Positions 53,678 through 64,000 are shown, counted from the first letter of the stretch. The stretch is DNA of 64,000 bases from Deltaproteobacteria bacterium (GCA_040218735.1 JAVJQW010000061.1:32001-96000); one strand, 5' to 3'. A program made the numbers and translations. Notes: generated by a model not told the origin, from the letters alone.

Positions 53678-54535
53678 ATGGGGGGATTTTTTCGACGCGC
53701 GGCGTCGTGCGCCGTTCTTTTGCTCTGCGCGTGCCCGCGCTCGGCCCCCGTGGAACCGAGCGTTCGGGGACGCCCCACCGTCGAGGTCGGGCCCTTCGAC
53801 CACGCGGCCCACCTCGCGCCAGCCGTCGGACTCGAGTGCGCGGCCTGCCACGTCGCGGTGCCCGACCAGGCCTACGCCCTCGTCCGCCCGGGCTCGGACG
53901 ACCACGCCCCGTGTGTGGCGTGCCACGAAGACGCCTTCCGCACCGAGCCGGCGGCGTTCTGCACATCCTGCCACGTCTCCGTGAACCCCCTGAAGAAGGG
54001 GGACAGCCCCCTCGGGGTGTATCCGTCCGTGAACCTCCGGGCGTCGTTGGTGTCGGCGTTCAATCACCAGCGCCACCTCGACGACGCCACCCGCGATGAA
54101 GGCGGCGCCGGCCTCGAGTGCGCGCAGTGCCACCGACCCTACGCCGAGTCGGACGCGTTCATGACGTTCCCGACCCACGCCGACTGCGCGCGCTGCCACG
54201 CCGCCGCCGTCGCGCCGCGGATGGAGAACTGCGCCGAGTGCCACCACAGCGACGGCCCGGGTCGCGCGCGTCGGTTCACGCGCGGCGACGTCCGCTTCAC
54301 CCACGCGAAACACGAGACGGACGTTCGCGGCGAGGCGGTCGCGTGCGCGCGCTGCCACGAAGCCATCCCGCGCAGCAGCTCGTCGGACGACCTCAACCTC
54401 CCGCGGATGGCGACGTGCAACACCTGCCACGACAGCGCCGAAGAGACCCCGGAGCGCGTTCGCATCACGCGCTGCGGGACGTGTCACCTCGACGACGTCG
54501 AGGCACAGCCGCTCCCCGGCTCGCACACACCCTGA
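53678..54535 (+). CDS. Nine-heme c-type cytochrome lipoprotein (3 x cytochrome c7-like)
   Basis: 9 CxxCH motifs; three FxHxxH motifs; LCAC lipobox. Confidence 0.88.
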   Translation: MGGFFRRAASCAVLLLCACPRSAPVEPSVRGRPTVEVGPFDHAAHLAPAVGLECAACHVAVPDQAYALVRPGSDDHAPCVACHEDAFRTEPAAFCTSCHVSVNPLKKGDSPLGVYPSVNLRASLVSAFNHQRHLDDATRDEGGAGLECAQCHRPYAESDAFMTFPTHADCARCHAAAVAPRMENCAECHHSDGPGRARRFTRGDVRFTHAKHETDVRGEAVACARCHEAIPRSSSSDDLNLPRMATCNTCHDSAEETPERVRITRCGTCHLDDVEAQPLPGSHTP

Positions 54536-54612
54536 TCGTATTCAGAAAAAGTCACGATCGCAGCGGAGATATTCTGATCGTTCGGCGCGTAGTCACGCAC
54601 GGACGGTAGGCG

Positions 54613-57600
54613 ATGAATTCTAAAATATTCGCGAAGTGCGCAGTGGCGGCAGGTCTGCTCGCCGGATGTCAGCAGGATCCCGGGCAGTTCCGGGTCGTAT
54701 TCGAGTGGGCGGACGGTGCTCCGGCGGCCGGGAGCGTGTGGATTCACGCGCGAGTCGAGGAGCGCGCCGGGGATCGAGACGCTCCCGGTCAGTCACTCCG
54801 CGCGGCGGATCCGGTCGCGTGGTCACCGGACCTTCAGCTGTCGATCGCGCCGGTGCTGCACGGCGACGACCGCGTCGTGGTGGTCGAGGTCTACCCCGGC
54901 GAGGAGGCCGATGGGCGCCCCTCGTTCTTCGGGTTGTCGGAGCCGTTCTCGCTCCAGCCGGGCGATGACAAGTCGGTGCCGGTCTACCTCGAGATCGCAC
55001 GCACGCCGACCCTCGGGGTGGCGACGGTGGAGATCACGAACGCCAACGAATTCTCGCGCATCGGCACGCCGCTCGCCGAGCTGAGGATCGTCGGGGAGGG
55101 CATCGCTCGGATCGAGGTCGCCAAGGACGCCGACTTTCAGATCGACGCCGAGCGCTACGAAGCCGCGGAGGTGAAGACCGGGACGGACGGAGAACGCGAA
55201 GTCTTCGAGCTGACCTACGATCTGAACAAGAACCTCGACTGCGCGAACGGCTGTGACGGCCCCCGACAGATCGCCGTCCGCGCGCGCAACGCCCAGGGCT
55301 ACCCGTCCGAGGTCATCAGCCTCCGCGTCGTCCTCGACACCGTCGGACCGCGGGCCGCGAACATTCGCATCACGCCGCAGAACGCGAAGGAGGACGACGA
55401 GGTCTTCCTCACGTTCGTCACCGACGAGACGGTGAGCAAGGACGAGGTCACCCTCGAATTCGAAGGTGAAGATCCGGGCTTCGTCCTCCGCGGCTCGGAG
55501 TCACCGCAACAGGTCACCTTCTCGTTCCTCGCCAACGCTTCACACTCCGTCGGCGGCGCGCCGACCCAGTACCGCCTCGCGCGCCTCACCCTCACCGACG
55601 ACCTCGGCAACGTCCGCACCGCGACCGTCCCCGACGACGCGTTGGTCATCGTCGACGCGAAGGCGCCGGAGATCGACGACGTCCAGGTGACACCGACGCT
55701 CGTCGGCAACACGATCGGGCAGACGATCCAGGTCGACTTCACGGTGAGCGAAGCGCTCGACCCGGACATCGGGCTGAGCGTCACGATCGAGCGCCCGAGC
55801 GGAACGCCGGCGCAGCTCGAATGCACGCAGACGCCGCAGGGCACCGAGCTCGATCCGGTCGACGTAACGTGCTCGCACGTCGTGACCGAGGAGGATCTCG
55901 ACGGACCGCGCGCGCTCGACAACCGCGAGATCTTGATTCAGGTGCTCGACCGCTCGCAGAACCGCGACAGTGAGGTCGGCAGCGTCGTGTTCGACCTCGA
56001 GCCCCCTGCGCTCGAGACGCTGAGCTTCTCCCCGGGCGCGGCGCGCGGCGGCACCGACGTCGTGCTTTCGGTGTTCCTGAGCGACGAGCTCGACCCCGCG
56101 TTCGCCCCCACGCTGGAGCTCGGCTACGCCCCGTCGATCGACGGCGTCCCTGCGCCGGTGTCGACGAACATCGCGCTCGCGAGCGTCGAGGGACGCGCGT
56201 ACCTGTACCGCTTCCCGATCACCGCGGCGGTGCCGGACGGGTACTACCGCGTCCTCGGGCTGACGGCGCGCGACGTTCGGAGCAACACTGCGACGATCAC
56301 CGCGCCGCTCTCACTACCGGCGTTGTCGGTGGACAGCGTTCCGCCCGAGCTGTCGTTCGTCGAGGTCCTCCCCGATCCGCCGATCGTGGGGATCGGTGAT
56401 CAGATCTCGGTCACGGTCGAGATGACGGAGCCACTCGTGGCCACGACGACGATCACGCTCGGCGGTGTCGACATGGGCAACTGCACGACGACGGCGACAA
56501 CCGCGCTCCCGATCCAGATGACATGCACGACGATGGTCACTGGCACCGAGATCCCCGCCGATACCGCGCAGAGCCTCGCCGTCGTCGCGACGACGGTCGA
56601 CCCCGCCGGCAACCGGACCCTGATCGACACGTCGGTGCTCTTCGACTTCGCGCCGCCCGTCGCGCGCGGCGCGTCGCTCAACCCATCGTTCGCGCGCGAG
56701 GGCACGCCGCTCTTCCTGGAGATCGTGCTGGACGAACCCGTCGTGAATCCGCCGGCCACCATCGACCTGGTTCGCATGGACGGCACGACGCTGACGCTGA
56801 ACGCTCAACCCAGCACCGGCGCGGCGCTCACCTATCGCCGCAACATCTCTGCTTCGGATCCGCAGGGTGTGTTCTTCTTCGAAGGCACCACGCTGACCGA
56901 CGCGCAGGGGAACACGGGGTACGTCGAAGCGCCGCTCGGGGTGTCGGTGGAGATCGACACGATCGCGCCCGCGGTGACGAACGTGAGCGTGATGCGACCG
57001 GTCGCGCCGCTCGATCGCGCCCGGCCGGGTCAGGCGGTCGACATCGCGTTCAACGTGAACATCGCCGGTGAGGCGACCCCGCCCACGCTCGAGATCGTCC
57101 TCGCCGGACAGACCATCCTGGCGCCCTGCCCGCAGACCGCAACGCAGATTGCGAACGGCTGCTCCACGACGATCACGACGGCGATGATCGCGCCCAACGT
57201 CGAAGAAATCGCTCCGCTCGTAGTGCGCGCGAGGGACGCCGCCGGCAACGAGGCCGTGGGGTCCGCGACGATCGTCCTCGACCGCCTCGCGCCGTCGCTC
57301 GCGGCGACCAACGGCGTCGTCTTCTCGCCGCCGGGGACGGCGGGTTCACCGACGACGGTCGGCCTCGGTGCGGTCGCGACGTTGACGCTCAACGCCGACG
57401 AGCGGCTGGCGATCACGCCCACCCTCACGATGACCCCGTCGAACCCCGGCTTCTTGCCCGAGGCGTCCGCGACGGGGCAGAGCTACACGTTCACGTATCA
57501 GGTCGAGGCCAACGCGACGGACACGACGTACACGCTGACGTCGGTGGTGCTCCGCGACCTCGTCGGCAACGTCCGAACCGTGGCGCTGACGACGCCGAAC

Positions 57601-60600
57601 ACGACCCGCCAGGTCGCGCTCGATCCGAACGCACCGACGATCTCCCCGGCGGTCGCCGTGACCCCGGCCCGCGCTAGCCGGGGCACCGTCGTCACCGCGA
57701 CGTTCGGTGCCGACGAGGCCGCTTCGATCAACGCGTCGTTCGACGGGGCGGCGATGAGTTGTACGCCGTCGTCGTTCACCACCCAGAGCAACGTGACTTG
57801 CACGTACACCGTGCCGGCCAACCATCCGATCGAGGAACGCGGCGCGAGCGTCGTCGTGCAGGTCGTGGACGACGCCGGCAACGCGCGGTCCGGCTCCGCG
57901 AACGTCGTGATCGACACCCTCCCTCCCGACGTGGTGGCCGGCACCGAGTTCGTCACGCTGGTGCCGGACGCCGGCAACCCGCTCGGCACCTCGATCGGAT
58001 CCCTCCGCAACGGCGCGAGCGCGTTGGTGCACTTCAACGTGACCGAAGAGCTCGGCCCCCAACCCACCGTGACCGCGGTGGGTGGCCCACAACCCATCCC
58101 GATCGGACAGAGCTCCAGCGCCGGACTCAGTTACACCTACGAGCTCGTGGTCGGGCCGACGACGCCGGAGGTGAGTTATGGGTTCAGCGTCATCCTCGAA
58201 GATCTCGCCGGCAACATCGCAACCCATCCGCTCGCAGTGGCTCCCACCGTCGTCGATCGCAGCCCTCCGGCCGCGCCCAACGTACTCACCCCCGGTCGCA
58301 TCGCGTTCACGCGTCGCGTGTGGGGCTCGCTGGGTTCGCCGACGGCCAATCACACCCTGGCCGGTCAAAACGGAGCCGTGGAGGCCGGTGCGCTCGTGCG
58401 TGCGCATCACCCGACGACGGGCATCATCGGAACCACGAACGCCAACGGCAACGGCGCATTCTCGATCACGAACATGACGGTCGACACCAACGACCTCGAG
58501 ATCGACGCCATCGACGACGCGGGCAACCCGAGCCCGCGCGTCGCTGTGCTCGACGGCGTGTGGGCGGCCAACCTCAATCGCAAGCTCCCCGGAACGAACA
58601 CCCCCAACCCGCACACCGTGAGCCGCACGAACGAAGTCATCGAATCGTTCGACCAGGTCGACGTCGAGATCAACGCCGCCGAGTACGCGACGATCGCTTC
58701 CGCGGCCGGCGTCGTCGGATCGATCGCGGGCCTCCGCTGGGAGAACGTCCAACCGGACGTGATCGGCCCGGGGCGCCGCTCCGACATGGGCGTCGCCTAC
58801 GATCAGAAGCGCGGGGTCGTCGTCCTGTTCGGTGGCTTCAACGGGCAGAGCCTCGAAAACGACACCTGGGAGTGGGACGGACACCGCTGGCGGGAAGTGA
58901 CGCCGCTCGGCATCTCCCCGTCGCCGCGACGCACGCGCATGGTCTACGACTCACGACGCGAACGCGTAGTCATGGTCGCCGGCGGCGGGCTCGTGACGTC
59001 ACCGGAGAGCGACGTCTGGGAGTGGAACGGTTCGACCTGGACCGAGGTGACGCCGCCGGGGATCGGCCCGACCGTCACCAACCACGGCATGGCCTACGAC
59101 AGCCGCCGCGGCGTCGTGATCGTGCAGGGTGGCTTCGATGGGGCTGGCCTGTCCGACCAGACCTGGGAGTGGGACGGCACGAGCTGGACGATGCACGACG
59201 GATCCCTTCGCCCGTACGACGACATCTATCCGGGCGTCGCGTTCGACGAGAACACCGACTCGATGATCATGTTCGGCGGCGCGGACACCGCGTTGACGCA
59301 ACCCGAGGGGCTGGCGCACGACGTCTGGATCTACGAGCCCTGCCCGTCGCCCCCGCCGATCCCCAACACGTGCGGCGCGAGCACCGGCATGCGGTGGCGT
59401 CACGCGGTCTCGTTCGGCGCGCCGCCGCCCGCCGGGACGTGGCCGGCCGACCGCTCCGATCCCATGATCACCTTCCACCGTGGCGTGTCGCAGCAGCGGC
59501 TCCTCATGTTCGGCGGCGAGAACCGCGACACCGGCATGGCGCTCGGCGACGTGTGGGCGTGGGACTCGTCGATCGAACAGTGGGTCGCGCCCGGTAACGG
59601 CCTCGACCCGGGACCGCAGCCTCGCTTCAACGCGGCGATGACGCACTTCGGAGCGAACGACGAGCTGTTCGTCTTCGGCGGCTTCGCCGACGGCAACAAC
59701 TACCTCACGGACGTCTCTGCGCACGACGGGAATCAATGGATCCGAGCCTTCAGTATCCTGCCCAACGTTCCGTCCCCGACGCCGACCGTTTCGCGTCGTG
59801 ACCACATGATGGTGGGCGGGCCGGTCATTCCGCTGCCGCCGCCCCCCGGGGTCACCGTCGGAACGCTGCCGGGTGTGCTCGCGTTCGGCGGACGCACGGA
59901 CTGCCCCGCGTTCCCGGGCTGCCCGTACCCACCGGAGATCCTGCACTTCAATGGGTTCGAGTGGGTCGCCGCTCCGACCGGCACCCCCGGTGCCCCCGGC
60001 GTCCCGTTCAACACGATCGGCGCGGTCCCGCCGGAGATGCTGGTCTCGGGCGGCGCCGCGACGCGCGCGGGCGGCGCGGGCGCGCCGAGGGATCAGGTCT
60101 TCGTGTTCGGCGGCGAACAGGCAAGCGGCGCGCGCCCGAACGTCCTCACGGTCTACGACGGCAGCACGTTGTCGCAGCGCTTCCCCAACTTCGCGGGAGC
60201 GCCGTGGCCGACGTCGCGTGTGTTCGCGTCGATGGCCTACGACTCGGACCGCGATCGCATCCTCCTCTACGGCGGGGTGACCAACCTCGACCCCGCATCG
60301 ACGCCGATTTCGAACAACGACAACACCTGGGTGTACAACCCGGGCAACAACACCTGGACCCGCTACCCGACCGCATCGCCGCCGGGCATGAGCGCACGCG
60401 GCGGCGCAGCGCTCGCCTACGATCCGAACCGCCAAGGCTTCGTGCTCCAGGGCGGCAACGCGTTCACGATCGAGCTCGCCGAGACGTGGCTGTTCCAGCT
60501 CCACGGCGCGAACGCCTTCCAGTGGGTCCCGATCAACACGACCACTCAACCGCCCGCGCGAACGCAGGCGCGGCTCGCGTTCGACCCGTCGCGCGACGCG

Positions 60601-61173
60601 CTCGTGCTCCTCGGCGGCACGTTGGATCCGAGCGGCAACACGACGCCGTTCAACGACTCGTGGGAGCTGGGCACGACGGACTGGCGCCTGGTGCGGACCG
60701 TCCCCGACCCCGCACCGATGGCGTCGCAAGGGCTCGCGGTCAGCTCGCTCGACGACCACCTGATCGCGTGGGGCGGGATCCGGACGGGCCTCGAGGTCTG
60801 GAAGCGCCGCGACGCGGCGACCATCCGCCCCGGCTTCTTCCTCTCCTTCGACTGGGTCCCGGCGCAAATCGATCCGCTCGACATCACCGGCGTGCGACTC
60901 GTCGGCACGGCGGGCGGGAACGCGAGCGGGCCGGGCATGCGCGTGCGCGTCTGGAACGCGACGCTCGGGCAGTGGGAGCTCGTCGCGGCGAACGGCGCCG
61001 CGACGCCAGCGGCGTTCGACTTCTCGCTGACGGCCGAACAAACCGCGAGCGCGGTCAACGCCGACGGCCGTGTCTCGTTCCTGATCGAGACCGGGGCCGC
61101 CTACGGGATGTCGGCGACGCCGGCGCAGGTGAACGTGAACAACGTCGAGCTTCGCGTCAGCTACCGGCGCTGA
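54613..61173 (+). CDS. Giant (2186 aa) lipoprotein with Ig-like repeats and Kelch/beta-propeller repeats
   Basis: LAGC lipobox; about 100-aa D.AGN...D..P repeats; AYD..R...LFGG...DTWEWDG repeats. Confidence 0.88.
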   Translation: MNSKIFAKCAVAAGLLAGCQQDPGQFRVVFEWADGAPAAGSVWIHARVEERAGDRDAPGQSLRAADPVAWSPDLQLSIAPVLHGDDRVVVVEVYPGEEADGRPSFFGLSEPFSLQPGDDKSVPVYLEIARTPTLGVATVEITNANEFSRIGTPLAELRIVGEGIARIEVAKDADFQIDAERYEAAEVKTGTDGEREVFELTYDLNKNLDCANGCDGPRQIAVRARNAQGYPSEVISLRVVLDTVGPRAANIRITPQNAKEDDEVFLTFVTDETVSKDEVTLEFEGEDPGFVLRGSESPQQVTFSFLANASHSVGGAPTQYRLARLTLTDDLGNVRTATVPDDALVIVDAKAPEIDDVQVTPTLVGNTIGQTIQVDFTVSEALDPDIGLSVTIERPSGTPAQLECTQTPQGTELDPVDVTCSHVVTEEDLDGPRALDNREILIQVLDRSQNRDSEVGSVVFDLEPPALETLSFSPGAARGGTDVVLSVFLSDELDPAFAPTLELGYAPSIDGVPAPVSTNIALASVEGRAYLYRFPITAAVPDGYYRVLGLTARDVRSNTATITAPLSLPALSVDSVPPELSFVEVLPDPPIVGIGDQISVTVEMTEPLVATTTITLGGVDMGNCTTTATTALPIQMTCTTMVTGTEIPADTAQSLAVVATTVDPAGNRTLIDTSVLFDFAPPVARGASLNPSFAREGTPLFLEIVLDEPVVNPPATIDLVRMDGTTLTLNAQPSTGAALTYRRNISASDPQGVFFFEGTTLTDAQGNTGYVEAPLGVSVEIDTIAPAVTNVSVMRPVAPLDRARPGQAVDIAFNVNIAGEATPPTLEIVLAGQTILAPCPQTATQIANGCSTTITTAMIAPNVEEIAPLVVRARDAAGNEAVGSATIVLDRLAPSLAATNGVVFSPPGTAGSPTTVGLGAVATLTLNADERLAITPTLTMTPSNPGFLPEASATGQSYTFTYQVEANATDTTYTLTSVVLRDLVGNVRTVALTTPNTTRQVALDPNAPTISPAVAVTPARASRGTVVTATFGADEAASINASFDGAAMSCTPSSFTTQSNVTCTYTVPANHPIEERGASVVVQVVDDAGNARSGSANVVIDTLPPDVVAGTEFVTLVPDAGNPLGTSIGSLRNGASALVHFNVTEELGPQPTVTAVGGPQPIPIGQSSSAGLSYTYELVVGPTTPEVSYGFSVILEDLAGNIATHPLAVAPTVVDRSPPAAPNVLTPGRIAFTRRVWGSLGSPTANHTLAGQNGAVEAGALVRAHHPTTGIIGTTNANGNGAFSITNMTVDTNDLEIDAIDDAGNPSPRVAVLDGVWAANLNRKLPGTNTPNPHTVSRTNEVIESFDQVDVEINAAEYATIASAAGVVGSIAGLRWENVQPDVIGPGRRSDMGVAYDQKRGVVVLFGGFNGQSLENDTWEWDGHRWREVTPLGISPSPRRTRMVYDSRRERVVMVAGGGLVTSPESDVWEWNGSTWTEVTPPGIGPTVTNHGMAYDSRRGVVIVQGGFDGAGLSDQTWEWDGTSWTMHDGSLRPYDDIYPGVAFDENTDSMIMFGGADTALTQPEGLAHDVWIYEPCPSPPPIPNTCGASTGMRWRHAVSFGAPPPAGTWPADRSDPMITFHRGVSQQRLLMFGGENRDTGMALGDVWAWDSSIEQWVAPGNGLDPGPQPRFNAAMTHFGANDELFVFGGFADGNNYLTDVSAHDGNQWIRAFSILPNVPSPTPTVSRRDHMMVGGPVIPLPPPPGVTVGTLPGVLAFGGRTDCPAFPGCPYPPEILHFNGFEWVAAPTGTPGAPGVPFNTIGAVPPEMLVSGGAATRAGGAGAPRDQVFVFGGEQASGARPNVLTVYDGSTLSQRFPNFAGAPWPTSRVFASMAYDSDRDRILLYGGVTNLDPASTPISNNDNTWVYNPGNNTWTRYPTASPPGMSARGGAALAYDPNRQGFVLQGGNAFTIELAETWLFQLHGANAFQWVPINTTTQPPARTQARLAFDPSRDALVLLGGTLDPSGNTTPFNDSWELGTTDWRLVRTVPDPAPMASQGLAVSSLDDHLIAWGGIRTGLEVWKRRDAATIRPGFFLSFDWVPAQIDPLDITGVRLVGTAGGNASGPGMRVRVWNATLGQWELVAANGAATPAAFDFSLTAEQTASAVNADGRVSFLIETGAAYGMSATPAQVNVNNVELRVSYRR

Positions 61174-61177
61174 GCGC

Positions 61178-62776
61178 TCAGCGCGGCGCGACGTTCATCG
61201 GCACGAAGACGTCGCCCGGGTAGCGGACCTGCTTCGTCGCCCCCTTCACACAACTTGCGAAAGCCGTGTTGTCGCTGATCACCACGGGCGCGAGCCCGGG
61301 CGCGGACGTCACCGTGAACGCGACGGAACCACCTCCGCCGTGTTTCGCGTAGCACTTCTGCGCTGCACGAACGACGGACGCGTGAGGCTTCGCCGCCCCC
61401 GCCGGCGCGGGACCCGTGACCCTCGGAGGCACGCCGCCGCCCACGCGCTCGAGGCGAACGGGCACGGTGATCGTCTTGCCCGCGACGACCGTGAAGGCGA
61501 CCGGCTTCGCGCGGTGCTTCGGTGCGCTGACGAACGCGGTGTGCTCGCCGGGGGCCAGCTCGACGCCGTCACTTGCGTTCGGCGCGGGGTCGTCGCCGAT
61601 CACGACTTCGGCGCTCGGCGGTACGAGCTCGAAGCGCGCGATCCCGGTCTTCGCGCCTGCGTCCGGCGTGCCTGCGTCGCGAGGCGGTGGAGGTGGGATC
61701 GGAAGGCCGCCGTCGCGGATCGGTGCGGGGTCTTCGTCCGAGCCGACGATCCGCCCGACGCCGAAGCCGCCGATCACCACGACGAGCGCGACCGCGAGCC
61801 AGCCCCAGCGCGAGGTCGGCTTCGGCGGAGGCTCGGGCGTCGGAGGCGGTGGTGGCGGCGGGCGCGACTCCGCCATGCCGTCGAGCGCCTGCAACACCTC
61901 CAGCGCCGAAGGCCGGCTCTCGGGATCCTTGGCGAGCATCCGCGTGACGAGGACACGAAGCTCCAGCGAAATCGCAGCGTCCAGCGGCTGCGGGATCACG
62001 TTCTTGTGGGCGTCGACGATGAGCTCGGGTGGCCCGATGAAGGGCGGCGCGCCCGACAGGCAGGCGTAGGCGACGATGCCCAGGCTGTAGACGTCGCTCT
62101 TGTCGACGGCGGGGCGCAAGCTCGCCTGCTCGGGCGACATGAACTTGTAGGTACCGATCATCGGTACCGACCCGTCGTCCGCGACCGCGGTGCGGCTCTC
62201 GCCGTCGCGGACCACGCGGGCGACCCCGAAGTCGAGGACCCGCGTCTGCTTCAGTCCGCCGGGGACCTCTTCAACGAAGAGGTTCGCCGGCTTGATGTCG
62301 CGGTGAATGATGCCGAGCGCGTGCGCTTCGACGAGCGCGCGGCTGGTTTCTCGGAGCACTTCGATCGTTCGCGCCTCGGTGAGACCGCCCGACGCCTTGA
62401 TCTCCGCCTCCAGCGTCCCGCCCTCCAAGAGCTCGGTCACCATGAAGGCGTCGCCGTCAGAGGTGTGACCGAAGTCGATCACCCGGAGCACGTGAATGCT
62501 CTTGAGTCCTTCGAGGACCTGAATCTCCGCGGCGAAGCGGCGCTCGAGCTCGGCGATGTCGACGTTCAGTGACCGCACGTCGAGGAACTTCACCGCGACG
62601 TCCATGTTTCGTTTGACGTGTTTCGCGCGATAGACCGCGCCCATCCCGCCGCGCGCGATCAGCTTGCCGACGACGACCGTGCCGTCGAGCAGCTCCATCC
62701 CTTCGCGCGGATCCACTTCGTCGAACTCCATCGGCGTGACGACCGTCCCGTCGGGTGCGTCGGGGCCGTCCGTCAT
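61178..62776 (-). CDS. Ser/Thr kinase with TM and PEGA-like extracellular domain
   Basis: RGGMG, VAVK, HRDIKPAN, DFG, FMSPEQ; TM; PEGA-like segment. Confidence 0.92.
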   Translation of the reverse strand: MTDGPDAPDGTVVTPMEFDEVDPREGMELLDGTVVVGKLIARGGMGAVYRAKHVKRNMDVAVKFLDVRSLNVDIAELERRFAAEIQVLEGLKSIHVLRVIDFGHTSDGDAFMVTELLEGGTLEAEIKASGGLTEARTIEVLRETSRALVEAHALGIIHRDIKPANLFVEEVPGGLKQTRVLDFGVARVVRDGESRTAVADDGSVPMIGTYKFMSPEQASLRPAVDKSDVYSLGIVAYACLSGAPPFIGPPELIVDAHKNVIPQPLDAAISLELRVLVTRMLAKDPESRPSALEVLQALDGMAESRPPPPPPPTPEPPPKPTSRWGWLAVALVVVIGGFGVGRIVGSDEDPAPIRDGGLPIPPPPPRDAGTPDAGAKTGIARFELVPPSAEVVIGDDPAPNASDGVELAPGEHTAFVSAPKHRAKPVAFTVVAGKTITVPVRLERVGGGVPPRVTGPAPAGAAKPHASVVRAAQKCYAKHGGGGSVAFTVTSAPGLAPVVISDNTAFASCVKGATKQVRYPGDVFVPMNVAPR

Positions 62777-62785
62777 CGCCGCGCC

Positions 62786-63661
62786 TCAGTGCGGGTTGGC
62801 GCTCGCGTCGATGTTCTTGGCGAGGTGGCACTTCGTACAGTTCGCAAACACCGAGAAGACCGGCTTTCCATCCGGCATCGTCTTACCCGTCTTGTGACAC
62901 CGACCGCACGCATCGAACATCGTCTTCATACCATTCGTCGGCGTGATGTCACGGACCCGTCGAGCATTCCGCGCGGAAGGATGGCAAACGCCACAACTCA
63001 CCGCGGGCTGGCTCTTCTGAGTTCGATCGACGCGATGGATTCTGTGCTCGAACCTCCCGCGAACACTCCCGTAGGCGGAGGTCCGCCGCGGGCCGGTCCG
63101 CACCGCCTTGCCGTCCGCCGTACGCCGATACTCATGACATCGTCCGCACGAGTCCATCGCGAACGAACGCTCCCCGTCGTGACAGCCGGAGCAGTCGCCG
63201 TGGTCGGGGTCGTCGAGACGACGCGTCTTGCGGTTGATGCGATGACACTTCAGACAGGCCTGCTCGCTTCGCATCCCGCGCAGCTTCAAGTGCGCGCGGT
63301 GATCGATCGTCGCGTAGAACTCACGACGAAACGAAGCCGCCTCGGGGTAGCGAACGAGCGGAGACGCCGCGCCGTACTGCGCGCTCTCGTGGCACACCGT
63401 GCACACCCGCGCGTCGCGCTCCGCCTCGGGTCCGAAGAAGTCCTTCGCGTGACCCTCGCCGGACTGCCCCTCGTGGCACGACTCCAAACACAGCGCGTGG
63501 CCCTTCGCCCCGGGGCGCTCACGATCGGCCATCGCCTGCGCCGGGTGACACGTCTTGCACGCCCCCGCGCCGCGCGCGTCGTGCGCGCGGTGATCGAACG
63601 CCGTCGGATCCGCGGCGCCCAACAGCAACGCGGCGGCTACGACTGATCCGAACCGTGACAT
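62786..63661 (-). CDS. Multiheme cytochrome c (8 CxxCH + 1 CxxxCH; c7-like)
   Basis: Signal peptide MSRFGSVVAAALLLGA; FDHRAH, IDHRAH and FEHRIH motifs; basic protein. Confidence 0.88.
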   Translation of the reverse strand: MSRFGSVVAAALLLGAADPTAFDHRAHDARGAGACKTCHPAQAMADRERPGAKGHALCLESCHEGQSGEGHAKDFFGPEAERDARVCTVCHESAQYGAASPLVRYPEAASFRREFYATIDHRAHLKLRGMRSEQACLKCHRINRKTRRLDDPDHGDCSGCHDGERSFAMDSCGRCHEYRRTADGKAVRTGPRRTSAYGSVRGRFEHRIHRVDRTQKSQPAVSCGVCHPSARNARRVRDITPTNGMKTMFDACGRCHKTGKTMPDGKPVFSVFANCTKCHLAKNIDASANPH

Positions 63662-63999
63662 CGATGACACTCGAACCCGGTGACCGAGAAACTCTGCGCT
63701 CCGTTGTGGCACTTCGCGCAGTCCGCTTTCGCGGGCCGCGCCGGCTCGGATCGCTTCTTCACGTCGACGTGGCACCGCGCGCACTCCGCGTCCGGCGCAC
63801 GCTCCCGGTGTTTGTCGTGGGAGAACCTATCGCGCACCCGCCACTTCGACGCCCCCTCGATCTTCGCGCGCACGTGGCACGCGGCGCAGTCGTCCATCTG
63901 CGGCGTCTGCAGCGCCTCGTGGCAAGACGCGCATTGACGATGCTGAGGCGCGAGCTCGTCACTCGCGGGCGCCGACTCACCGTGCTGCGACGGATGACA
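63637..63999 (-). CDS. Multiheme cytochrome c, 5'-partial
   Basis: Frame is open to the window end; CASCH, CAACH, CARCH, CAKCH, CHRCH; FSHDKH. Confidence 0.85.
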   Translation of the reverse strand, partial: CHPSQHGESAPASDELAPQHRQCASCHEALQTPQMDDCAACHVRAKIEGASKWRVRDRFSHDKHRERAPDAECARCHVDVKKRSEPARPAKADCAKCHNGAQSFSVTGFECHRCHGSDQS

Positions 64000-64000
64000 C

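Overview
This 64 kb window is very GC-rich and gene-dense, with a gene repertoire typical of Myxococcota (inference): six Ser/Thr kinases or pseudokinases, Cys-rich lipoproteins, a DUF1592/1588 + DUF1552 pair, PEGA/TPR proteins and a giant sigma54 activator. I support about 44 CDS (two cut by the window edges) and two probable gene relics; I saw no rRNA, tRNA, CRISPR array, transposase or integrase. The best candidate for an undescribed system is an apparent operon at 43174-46222. It encodes a Cys-pair-repeat lipoprotein, a divergent DUF692/MNIO enzyme, a helical partner protein and a sirtuin, suggesting post-translational modification of an exported protein. Other notable features: (1) an exosortase E/CAAX protease fusion with a tiny VPELD-CTERM substrate whose mature part is a 17-aa Arg/Pro peptide behind a sigma54 promoter; (2) a fungal-Egt1-like EgtD-EgtB fusion; (3) a tandem array of three Cys-rich lipoprotein paralogs plus a decayed fourth copy; (4) sigma54-like boxes with identical spacing to their start codons; (5) a region with three c7-type multiheme cytochromes around a 2186-aa Ig/Kelch lipoprotein. 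All calls come from reading motifs by eye; no database searches were run.
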